Assembly: GCA_963805625.1 (NCBI GenBank)
Contig: CAWDVE010000010.1
Span: forward strand, 608,001 to 672,000
Direction of reading: 5' to 3'
DNA: 64,000 nt
Origin: an uncultured Candidatus Rokubacteria bacterium
GTDB lineage: Bacteria; Methylomirabilota; Methylomirabilia; Rokubacteriales; DASRDR01
Shown: positions 38,889 through 47,080 of the stretch, piece after piece
Layout: the number at the start of each line of letters is the position of its first letter
Numbering within the stretch: the first letter of the stretch is position 1
Notes under the pieces: model-generated
Seen by the model: the letters and a program-made list of their open reading frames with translations, nothing else
The model's database searches: none
Told to the model about the DNA's origin: nothing
Program-made: the position numbers and the translations under genes

Positions 38889-40064
38889 ATGCAATCGCGA
38901 CGTTTCCTGCTCGTGTTCGTCGCTGTCCTGGTCGCCGCGGCGGCGCTCGCGCCCCCGGCATCGGCCCAGAACCCGGTGAAGCTCGCCATCGTGGCCGAGA
39001 TCACGGGCGGCGGCGCGCCGTCAGGCACGATGTGGCGTGACGGGGTGATCCTGGCCGTGGAGGAGATCAACAAGAAGAGCGGCGGCGTACTGGGCCGACC
39101 GCTCGAGTCTTTCGTCATGGACACCCAGTCCGATCCTCCGACCTCGGTGGCGGTCATCCGACGGGCCATCAACGAGCGCCCCTTCGCCATCATGGGCACC
39201 GTATATAGTGGCTCCACCGTGGCCAACATGGAGTTCGCGCGGCAAGCTGGCATTCCGCAGATCAGCGGCTCCGAGTCCGTGCTGGTCGTCACCAAAGGCA
39301 ACCCGAACATCTTCCTGACGTCCTTCAGCCAGCAGGTCGGCTTCGCCAAGCTCGTGAAGTGGGTCGTGGAAGACCTGAAGGCCGAGAAGATCGCCCTCAT
39401 CTACGTCAACGACGCCTTTGGCCGGGGCGGGCGTGACGCGTTCCTCGGATTTCTCAAGGACCGGGGGCGGTCCGTCATGGCCGACATCTCCACGGAGGTG
39501 CAGCAGGCGGATTTCACGGCCGAGCTCACCCAGGTGCGGGCCTCCGGCGCCACGCACCTCATGATCTACAGCCACGAGGAGGAGAACGCCCGTATCATGA
39601 TCCAAATGCGCAAGCTCGGCCTCAAGGTCGAGCCGGTCGGGGACAATCTTTGCGCCCAGACTACGATCGACGCCGGCGGGGAAGCGATGAACGGGGCCCG
39701 CTGCCACGTGCCGATGACGGCTCTCTCACCGATACCCAGCATGCTGGAGGTGGGCAAGCGCTTCCAGGAGCGATTCGGGCGGGTCCCTGATCACAACGGA
39801 TTCAAGGGGTACATCGGCGCTCATTTGATGAAGGCCGCCGTGGAGCGCGTGGGCGGGTTCGACCAGGCCAAGGTTCGCGACTGCCTCCACAACAACTTCT
39901 TTACGACCGCCGACGAGCCCGGCCTCCTCATGGACACCTATGTTGACGACAAGGGCGACGCCGACCGGCCGAGCTTCATCGTGGAGGTCAAGGGGCAGAA
40001 GTCGCAGGTGGTGAAGGTCCTGCCCTTGCTCGCGGGGCCGTACACCAAGCGGGCCTGCCGCTAG
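38889..40064 (+). CDS. branched-chain amino acid-type ABC substrate-binding protein
   Basis: Signal peptide; AVEEINKKSGGVLGRPL, GTVYSG, NDAFGRG, DFTAEL. Confidence 0.9.
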   Translation: MQSRRFLLVFVAVLVAAAALAPPASAQNPVKLAIVAEITGGGAPSGTMWRDGVILAVEEINKKSGGVLGRPLESFVMDTQSDPPTSVAVIRRAINERPFAIMGTVYSGSTVANMEFARQAGIPQISGSESVLVVTKGNPNIFLTSFSQQVGFAKLVKWVVEDLKAEKIALIYVNDAFGRGGRDAFLGFLKDRGRSVMADISTEVQQADFTAELTQVRASGATHLMIYSHEEENARIMIQMRKLGLKVEPVGDNLCAQTTIDAGGEAMNGARCHVPMTALSPIPSMLEVGKRFQERFGRVPDHNGFKGYIGAHLMKAAVERVGGFDQAKVRDCLHNNFFTTADEPGLLMDTYVDDKGDADRPSFIVEVKGQKSQVVKVLPLLAGPYTKRACR

Positions 40065-40125
40065 GCCTGATTGAACGACAGACCGGCGCCCGGCGGCGGC
40101 CGGCGCGCCGATCCGGGGCCCGTGC

Positions 40126-40169
40126 CGCGAGGGGTCGTTCTCGGCCCATCCCGGGGCCGACCCCTCGCG
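40126..40169 (+). other. intercistronic stem-loop after the substrate-binding protein gene
   Basis: Perfect 12-bp stem CGCGAGGGGTCG/CGACCCCTCGCG. Confidence 0.5.
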
Positions 40170-40248
40170 CCGCGATCCGCGCGCCCGACCATCCACACCC
40201 GCGGGGGCCCCGTCGCCGGCGTCCCGCTAAAGGCCGCGCGCGCCTGAC

Positions 40249-41127
40249 ATGACGGACTTCCTCCAGCTCATGGCGGCGGGCATCTCCATCGGGTCCATCT
40301 ACGCGATGACCGCCATTGGCTTCGTCCTGCTCTGGCAGACGTCGAACACCATCAACTTCGCCCAGGGCGAGTTCGTAGTCCTGCCCGCGTTCGCGATGGT
40401 GCTCTTCTGGGTGGTGCTGCGATGGCCGTTCGTCGCCGCCCTGCTTGCGACCGTCCTCGTGTCCACGTTCCTCCTGGGGTTCGTCGTCCGGAAGCTCCTC
40501 GTGGCCCGGCTACTCCAGGCCGGCGTCCTGCCCCTGGTCATCGCCACCATCGGCCTCAGTCTCCTGATCCGCTACTCCATCCAGCAGTTCTGGACCCCGC
40601 TGGCGCTGCCGTTCCCGCCCCTCTTCTCACGCGTCCCGATGCGGCTCGGCGGGGTCGTCCTCGCGTGGGAGGAGCTGATGAACGTGGTGTTCGCGGGCGC
40701 GGTGATCGGCGCGCTCCAGCTGTTCATCACGCGCACGAAGCTCGGATGGGCCATGCAGGCCGTCGCCCAGAACCGCACGCTGGCGACGGTGCTCGGCATC
40801 GACGTGGGCCGGCTCGTCACCATCACCTTCGTCCTCAACGCTGCCCTGACCGCAGTGGCCGCGATCCTCATCGCCCCCGTGTACCTCGTCAAGTACGACA
40901 TCGGCATCGGTCTCGGGCTCAAGGCCTTCTACGCGGCCATCATCGGCGGCTTCAACCAGATGCGGGGGGCGCTTCTCGGCGGGCTCCTGGTGGGCGTGGT
41001 GGAGACGCTCTCGGCCGCCTACCTTTCCGGCCAGTTCCGAGACGCGGTGGTGCTCGTGATCCTCATCGCCGTCCTCCTCTGGAAGCCGGAGGGCCTCTGG
41101 GGAGTCAAGGAGGAGTGGGCGTCGTGA
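40249..41127 (+). CDS. livH: LivH-type ABC permease
   Basis: GSIYAM, INFAQGE, KAFYAAIIGG, KPEGLWG. Confidence 0.92.
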   Translation: MTDFLQLMAAGISIGSIYAMTAIGFVLLWQTSNTINFAQGEFVVLPAFAMVLFWVVLRWPFVAALLATVLVSTFLLGFVVRKLLVARLLQAGVLPLVIATIGLSLLIRYSIQQFWTPLALPFPPLFSRVPMRLGGVVLAWEELMNVVFAGAVIGALQLFITRTKLGWAMQAVAQNRTLATVLGIDVGRLVTITFVLNAALTAVAAILIAPVYLVKYDIGIGLGLKAFYAAIIGGFNQMRGALLGGLLVGVVETLSAAYLSGQFRDAVVLVILIAVLLWKPEGLWGVKEEWAS

Positions 41128-42122
41128 CGGCTGAGCGCGGGCCGCTCCGGTGCCTCCTGCCGGTCGGCTTGCTGGCCCTCCTCGCGCTCCTGCCGCTCGG
41201 GTTCGAGCAGTACAAGCTCTACGTGGCGAGCCTCACGCTCGTCTACCTCGTGATGGCCATCGGACTCAATCTCACCCTGGGCTACGCCGGGCAGATCTCG
41301 CTGGCGCATGGCGCCTTCATGGCGTTCGGGGCGTACGCCGTGGCGATCCTCGGCCAGCGTCGGCTGCCCTTCGAGCTCGGGCTCGCGCTCGGCGCGGCGC
41401 TCGGCTTCGGCTGGGGGCTCATCGTCGGCTTCCCCGCGCTGAAGGTCAAGCACCACTTCCTCGCCATGGTCACGCTCGGGTTCAACATCATGGTGTTCCT
41501 GGTGCTCCGGAACTGGGAGTCGCTGACAGGGGGATCCTTCGGGATCTCGGGCATCGCCCGTCCCGCCTGGGGCGCGATCACGTTCCGGTCCGACCGCGCG
41601 TACTACGTCTACATGCTGGTATGGGCGGCGGTGGTGGTGTCCTCGGCGTACTGGATCCTGGGGTCCCGCTGGGGCCGGGCCTTCCGGGCGATCCGCGAGA
41701 ACGAGATGCGAGCGGAGACGCTCGGAGTGAGCTTGCGAAACTACAAGCTCATGGCCTTCGCCATCGGCGCCGCCTACGCCGGGGTCGGCGGGGCTCTCTT
41801 CGCTCCCCTCGTCGGGTACATCGACCCCGGGGCCTTCACGCTCGACCGGTCGATCCAGTTCCTGATGATGGTTGTCATGGGCGGACTCGGGCGCTTCGAG
41901 GGGCCCTTCATCGGCGCCATCCTGGTGACGGTGCTGCCCGAGGTGCTGCGCGCCTCGGAGGGCCTCTATCTCGTCATCTACGCGCTGGCCGTCATCCTCA
42001 TGATGCTGTTCATGCCGAAGGGCCTGGTCGGGGTGTGGGACCGGATCATCGATCTGCTCGGGGCGAGTCGAATGGGACGCGGGCCCCTCGCCGCACCGCC
42101 GGACGCTCCCCGGTCAGGCTGA
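41124..42122 (+). CDS. livM: LivM-type ABC permease
   Basis: GLNLTLGYAGQISLAH, TGGSFG, GRAFRAIRENE, MVVMGG. Confidence 0.92.
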   Translation: MTAERGPLRCLLPVGLLALLALLPLGFEQYKLYVASLTLVYLVMAIGLNLTLGYAGQISLAHGAFMAFGAYAVAILGQRRLPFELGLALGAALGFGWGLIVGFPALKVKHHFLAMVTLGFNIMVFLVLRNWESLTGGSFGISGIARPAWGAITFRSDRAYYVYMLVWAAVVVSSAYWILGSRWGRAFRAIRENEMRAETLGVSLRNYKLMAFAIGAAYAGVGGALFAPLVGYIDPGAFTLDRSIQFLMMVVMGGLGRFEGPFIGAILVTVLPEVLRASEGLYLVIYALAVILMMLFMPKGLVGVWDRIIDLLGASRMGRGPLAAPPDAPRSG

Positions 42123-42134
42123 GCGCGGCGAGCA

Positions 42135-42872
42135 ATGGCTCTCCTCGAGATCCGTGACCTGACCAAGAACTTCTTCCGGCTCCCCGCCCTGAGCCGGGTG
42201 AGCCTCAGCGTCGAGCCCGGCGAGCTCCTGGGTGTGATCGGGCCGAATGGCTCGGGGAAGACCACCCTGTTCAACTGCGTCACCGGAGTCCTTCGGCCGT
42301 CCGGCGGACACGTCCGATTCAAGGGCGACGACATCACGGGACTCAACGCCGATCTCGTCTACCGCCGCGGGATCGCCCGCACGTTTCAGCTCATCCAGCT
42401 GTTTCCGGAGATGACGGTGCTCGAGAACATGCTGCTCGCGCTCCAGGAGCGCCACGGCACGCTCCTGGGACGCCTGGCCCGCCGCGAGGGCGCGGCGGCC
42501 GCTACCCGGGCACTCGAGCTTCTCGAGTACCTCGGCATCGCCGGCCTCCGGGATCACCTCGCCTCGAATCTATCGTACGGACAGCAGAAGCTCCTCGACT
42601 TCGGCATGGCGCTCATGTCCAAACCCGAGGTGATCCTCCTCGACGAGCCCCTGGCCGGCGTGAACCCCACCATGATCAAGAAGCTCGTCGGGCACATCGA
42701 GGCGCTCAACGCCCAGGGCCACACGTTCGTCGTCATCGAGCACAACATGGAGGTGGTCATGTCTCTCTGCCGGCGCATCGTCGTCCTCAGCCAGGGCGAG
42801 TGCATCGCGGAAGGCACGCCGGCCGACGTCGCCGACAATCCGCTGGTGCTGGACGCGTACTTCGGGAGGTAG
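42135..42872 (+). CDS. livG: LivG-type ABC ATPase
   Basis: GPNGSGKTT, LSYGQQK, LLDEP, IEHNM. Confidence 0.93.
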   Translation: MALLEIRDLTKNFFRLPALSRVSLSVEPGELLGVIGPNGSGKTTLFNCVTGVLRPSGGHVRFKGDDITGLNADLVYRRGIARTFQLIQLFPEMTVLENMLLALQERHGTLLGRLARREGAAAATRALELLEYLGIAGLRDHLASNLSYGQQKLLDFGMALMSKPEVILLDEPLAGVNPTMIKKLVGHIEALNAQGHTFVVIEHNMEVVMSLCRRIVVLSQGECIAEGTPADVADNPLVLDAYFGR

Positions 42873-42875
42873 CGC

Positions 42876-43586
42876 GTGGCCTTGCTCGAGGTCGAGAATA
42901 TCCACGCGGGCTACGGGAAACTCGAGATCCTCAGGGGCGTATCCCTCCGGGTCGAGGCCGGGCAGGTCGTGTCCATCATCGGCCCCAACGGAGCGGGCAA
43001 GTCCACCGTCTTCAAGACGCTCTTCGGGCTCCTGCCCGCCCGCCAGGGGCGCGTCCGCTTCGCCGGCGAGGACATCACTAACCAGGCCCCGGCGGACCTC
43101 CTGCGCCGCGGCATCACCTACGTCCCCCAGGGCCGGAACGTCTTTCCCCTGATGACGGTGGACGAGAACCTCCGGCTCGGCGCCTACATCCGACGGCACT
43201 CGGCCGACCTGGATCGCGAGGTCGAGCGGGTCTACGAGACTTTCCCGATGCTCCTGGCGGCGCGACGGAAGCGTGCCGCGGAGCTGTCAGGCGGTCAGCA
43301 GCAAATGCTGGAGATGGGACGGGCGCTGCTCCTGCGTCCCCGGCTGATGCTCCTCGACGAGCCGACGCTCGGGCTCGCGCCCCTGGTCTTCCGGGAGATC
43401 TTCCGCATCATCGAGGATCTCCGACGCGGCGGGCAGACAATCCTCATGGTCGAGCAGAACGCGGCCAAGGCTCTCGAGATCTCGGACTACGCCTATGTGC
43501 TGGAGCTTGGGAAGAACCGCTTCGACGGCTCTGGTGAGGCGATCCGGAACGACAACCGGATACGCCGCCTGTATCTCGGCCGCTGA
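42876..43586 (+). CDS. livF: LivF-type ABC ATPase
   Basis: GPNGAGKST, LSGGQQQM, LLDEPTLGL, VEQN. Confidence 0.93.
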   Translation: MALLEVENIHAGYGKLEILRGVSLRVEAGQVVSIIGPNGAGKSTVFKTLFGLLPARQGRVRFAGEDITNQAPADLLRRGITYVPQGRNVFPLMTVDENLRLGAYIRRHSADLDREVERVYETFPMLLAARRKRAAELSGGQQQMLEMGRALLLRPRLMLLDEPTLGLAPLVFREIFRIIEDLRRGGQTILMVEQNAAKALEISDYAYVLELGKNRFDGSGEAIRNDNRIRRLYLGR

Positions 43587-43619
43587 GCGCGGCATGCCGG
43601 CACGCTGCGCGAGTGTCGG

Positions 43620-44885
43620 ATGACGAACGTCGACCTCTCGGTCCTTTTCTTCCTACAGCTGGCCGTCATCCTGGCCGCATGCCGCGTCGTGGGCGCACTC
43701 GCGCCGAGAGTCGGCCAGCCGCCCGTGGTGAGCGAGATGCTCGCCGGCGTGGTGCTGGGCCCCTCGCTCTTCGGGGCCCTCCTGCCCGGGTGGCACGCCG
43801 CCCTCTTCCCCAAGCCCTCGATGACCATCCTTTTTGCCGTCGCCCAGCTTGGGCTTGCCATGTACATGTTCCTGGTGGGAGTCGAGTTCCGGGCGGACCT
43901 CATCCGGCCGCGGGTGCGAAGCGCCGTGTCGGTCTCGGTGGCAGGCATCGTGGTGCCGTTCCTCTTCGGCGGTCTCATCGCGCTCGCCATCCACGCCGAG
44001 GGCACGATGTTCCGCGAGACGGTGACCACCAGCCAGGCCGTCCTGTACCTCGGGGCCGCCATGTCGATCACGGCCTTTCCCATGCTGGCGCGCATCGTCC
44101 ACGAGCGCGGTCTCTCGGGAACCTCGCTGGGTACCTTGGCGCTCGCCGCGGGGTCGATCGACGACGCGGCCGCGTGGTGCGTGCTCGCCATCGTCCTGGC
44201 GAGCTTCGGGAACGCACCGATCATTGCCGTGGCCGCGATCGGTGGCGGCATCCTGTACACGCTCGCGGTCCTGTTCGGGCTGCGTCCGGCCCTCGTCCCG
44301 CTGGCGCAACGGGTCGAGCGCGGCGGTGCCATGAGCTTCCCGGTGCTGAGCTTTGTCCTCATGCTGGTCGTGCTCGGATCCTGGTACACGGATCGCATTG
44401 GCATCTACGCCGTCTATGGTGCCTTCATTCTCGGCACGGCCATTCCTCGCGGGAAGTTCGCCGATGAGCTTCAGCGGCTGATGGCGCCGCTCACGACTGG
44501 GCTGCTGCTCCCGCTCTTCTTCGTCTACTCGGGCCTGAACACCAGGATCGGGCTCGTCAACACCTGGTATCTCGTGGGGATCGCGGCCCTGGTGCTGATC
44601 GCGGCGTGCGTCGGCAAGGGCGTGGCCTGCTGGCTGGCGGCGCGGCTCAATGGAGAGCCGCGCGATCAGGCGCTGGCCATCGGGGCGCTGATGAACACGC
44701 GGGGCCTCATGGAGCTGATCATCCTCAACATCGGCTACGAGCGTGGCATCATCACCCAGACGCTGTTCTCGATCATGGTGATGATGGCGCTCGTGACGAC
44801 GTTGATGGCGACGCCGCTATTCGAGCTCGTCTACGGACGGCGCGGCCGACTCGCCGGGACCGTGGGAGCCGTGCGCACCGGCTAG
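43620..44885 (+). CDS. cation:proton antiporter (CPA2 family)
   Basis: GQPPVVSEMLAGVVLGPS, SITAFPMLARI, DDAAAW, MNTRGLMELI. Confidence 0.92.
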   Translation: MTNVDLSVLFFLQLAVILAACRVVGALAPRVGQPPVVSEMLAGVVLGPSLFGALLPGWHAALFPKPSMTILFAVAQLGLAMYMFLVGVEFRADLIRPRVRSAVSVSVAGIVVPFLFGGLIALAIHAEGTMFRETVTTSQAVLYLGAAMSITAFPMLARIVHERGLSGTSLGTLALAAGSIDDAAAWCVLAIVLASFGNAPIIAVAAIGGGILYTLAVLFGLRPALVPLAQRVERGGAMSFPVLSFVLMLVVLGSWYTDRIGIYAVYGAFILGTAIPRGKFADELQRLMAPLTTGLLLPLFFVYSGLNTRIGLVNTWYLVGIAALVLIAACVGKGVACWLAARLNGEPRDQALAIGALMNTRGLMELIILNIGYERGIITQTLFSIMVMMALVTTLMATPLFELVYGRRGRLAGTVGAVRTG

Positions 44886-44928
44886 CGGACGGCGTTCCTC
44901 GGTCCACGGCACCCGGCCCACCGCGCTC

Positions 44929-45489
44929 CTACTTGCTGCGGCCGTACTTTCCGGTCAGGGTCGCCTTGCCGAGCGAATTGGCATTCACCATGAACCCTGC
45001 CAGCGACGCGGTCGCGTTCGCCGGGATCTCCAGCTTCTGGACCTTGAGCGCGTGCAGCGAGAAGTTGTACCGGTGGGGCTTGTCCCCGGCTGGCGGGCAC
45101 GGGCCGCCCCAGCCCGGGCTTCCGAAGTCCGTGTTGACCTGCGTCGAGCCCGCCGGCAGGTTCGCCCCGTCGGTCTTCCCAGCGTCCTTCTTGAGCTCGG
45201 TCGCTTCGGCCGGAATGTTGATCACCACCCAGTGCCACCAGCCGGCGCCGCCCGTCGGAGCATCCGGGTCGTGCACCAGCAGCGCGAAGCTCTTGGTGCC
45301 CTTCGGCGCGCCCGACCACTTGAGCGCCGGCGACACGTTCTTGCCGGCGCAGCCGAATCCGTTGAACACCTGCTCCTCGGCGAGGGTGGCGTTCGGCTTG
45401 ACGTCAGGGCTCTCGACCTTGAAGCCCTGCGCGAATGCGGGACCCGTGCACACGAGCGCGATGGCCACTGTCAGCGCGGCCCGGACCAT
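44929..45489 (-). CDS. YbhB/YbcL (PEBP) family protein, secreted
   Basis: NVSPALKW, HDPDAPTG..WWHW, GPCPP, HRYNF. Confidence 0.93.
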   Translation of the reverse strand: MVRAALTVAIALVCTGPAFAQGFKVESPDVKPNATLAEEQVFNGFGCAGKNVSPALKWSGAPKGTKSFALLVHDPDAPTGGAGWWHWVVINIPAEATELKKDAGKTDGANLPAGSTQVNTDFGSPGWGGPCPPAGDKPHRYNFSLHALKVQKLEIPANATASLAGFMVNANSLGKATLTGKYGRSK

Positions 45490-45525
45490 GTCTCCCTCCA
45501 GTCTCCGGCGCCCGATCCGGGCGCC

Positions 45526-46572
45526 TCAGCTCTCGGCAATGGCGGCCAGGATTTCCGCCCCCTCGTCGCACTGCTTCCGCGACACGTCCAGGTGCGTGAC
45601 GACCCGGATCACGCGGGAGCCGATGCCAAATATGAGCACGCCGCGCTCCCGTGCCCGCGCAACCAGGGTGGGCGCATCGGGCGCGTCGTCGGCCAGGCGG
45701 AAGACGATGATGTTCGTCTGCACCAGGACGAGGTCGAGGATGATCCGCGGGCTCGCGGCAAGCCGCTCCGCGATCCGCCGCGCGTTCGCGTGGTCCTCGG
45801 CGAGCCGCTCGACGTTGTGGTCGAGCGCGTAGAGGCAGGCCGCTCCGAGGATCCCGATCTGCCTCATCGCGCCACCGAACATCCGGCGGTACCGCACCGC
45901 CCGCTGGACGACGTCGCGCGCGCCGGCGAGGACCGACCCCCCCGGCGCTCCGAGGCCCTTCGAGAAGGCCACGCCGATCAGGTCGAATGGCCGCGCCAGC
46001 TCGGCCAGGGATCGGCGGCTGGCGACGGACGCGTTCCAGAGGCGCGCGCCGTCCAGGTAGGTGGCGATCCCGTGCTCCCGCGCCGCGGCGCAGATCCGCT
46101 CGGCCTCGGCCTGCGGAAAGACGATGCCGCCCGCGCGGTTGTGCGTGTTCTCCACCTCGACGAGCGTCGTGGGCGGGTACATGGGGTGGCCGCCCGGCCT
46201 CCGCGCGGCGAGGAACTCGTCCCGGGTGAAGACGCCGCCCGACCCGATCTCCGTGAGCTGCACCCCAGAATTGGCCGCCGCACCGCCGGTTTCGTGCCAG
46301 CCGGTGTGGCTCTCCCGGCTGACAATGACGTCGTCGCCAGGCCGCGTCCACACCCGGAGCGCGACCTGGTTCGCCATCGTCCCGCTCGGCAGCCAGAGGG
46401 CCGCCTCCTTGCCGAGGAGCGCCGCCGTCCGCTCCTGGAGGCGATTCATCGTGGGATCCTCACCGTACTCGTCGTTGCCGACCGGGGCGGCCGACATCGC
46501 GGACCGCATCGCGGCCGAGGGCAGCGTGACGGTGTCGGAGCGCAGGTCGATGACGGTGGCGGGATCGGTCAC
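45526..46572 (-). CDS. ltaE: low-specificity L-threonine aldolase (PLP)
   Basis: [43 protein letters not shown]. Confidence 0.92.
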   Translation of the reverse strand: MTDPATVIDLRSDTVTLPSAAMRSAMSAAPVGNDEYGEDPTMNRLQERTAALLGKEAALWLPSGTMANQVALRVWTRPGDDVIVSRESHTGWHETGGAAANSGVQLTEIGSGGVFTRDEFLAARRPGGHPMYPPTTLVEVENTHNRAGGIVFPQAEAERICAAAREHGIATYLDGARLWNASVASRRSLAELARPFDLIGVAFSKGLGAPGGSVLAGARDVVQRAVRYRRMFGGAMRQIGILGAACLYALDHNVERLAEDHANARRIAERLAASPRIILDLVLVQTNIIVFRLADDAPDAPTLVARARERGVLIFGIGSRVIRVVTHLDVSRKQCDEGAEILAAIAES

Positions 46573-46761
46573 GGGCCAGCCTCCCGGCAATGGGCGAATG
46601 TCGCGTTCCTCAATTCCCGGCGAGGATATCGCAGACGCGATCCGGATAGCCAGGGGCCCTGTGGCGAGTCCCACATCTCGGTGGGGCGCTCTTGTCAGCC
46701 GCAGGACGCTGAAAGACAGTGAACCTGCGGGGCCGAATCGCCTTGGAAGGCGCGGTGATCC

Positions 46762-46777
46762 GGGCACTGATCCTGCA
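46762..46777 (+). promoter_or_regulatory. candidate sigma54 -24/-12 promoter
   Basis: GGGCACTGATCCTGCA (GG-N10-GC) upstream of the dedA remnant and ligD. Confidence 0.4.
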
Positions 46778-46824
46778 TGGTATCGACGTCGGGGACGGCC
46801 AGTGTTCTCGCCGGTCGACGTCAG

Positions 46825-47055
46825 GCGAGTTCCATTCCCCGGACGATCATGCTGATCACCGCAGGATCTCTGTCCGACCCCGCACGCGATAAACGGTGCC
46901 GATGCGTGGATCGTCATTGCCCTGGCCGCGGCTGGAACCGCGGTCGGCGACCACGCCTGGTACCTGCTGGGGCGGCTGACGGGGTGGAGTCCGAGAGTAT
47001 CCTGGTCAGCGTCATGACCCAGCGCTGGCTCGCCAAGCGCGCCAGGGTGTCGTGA
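46825..47055 (+). pseudogene. DedA/VTT family remnant
   Basis: Frameshifted fragments IMLITAGSL and [26 protein letters not shown]. Confidence 0.6.
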
Positions 47056-47080
47056 TCATGACCCGTTGTCGCCTTCGGCC

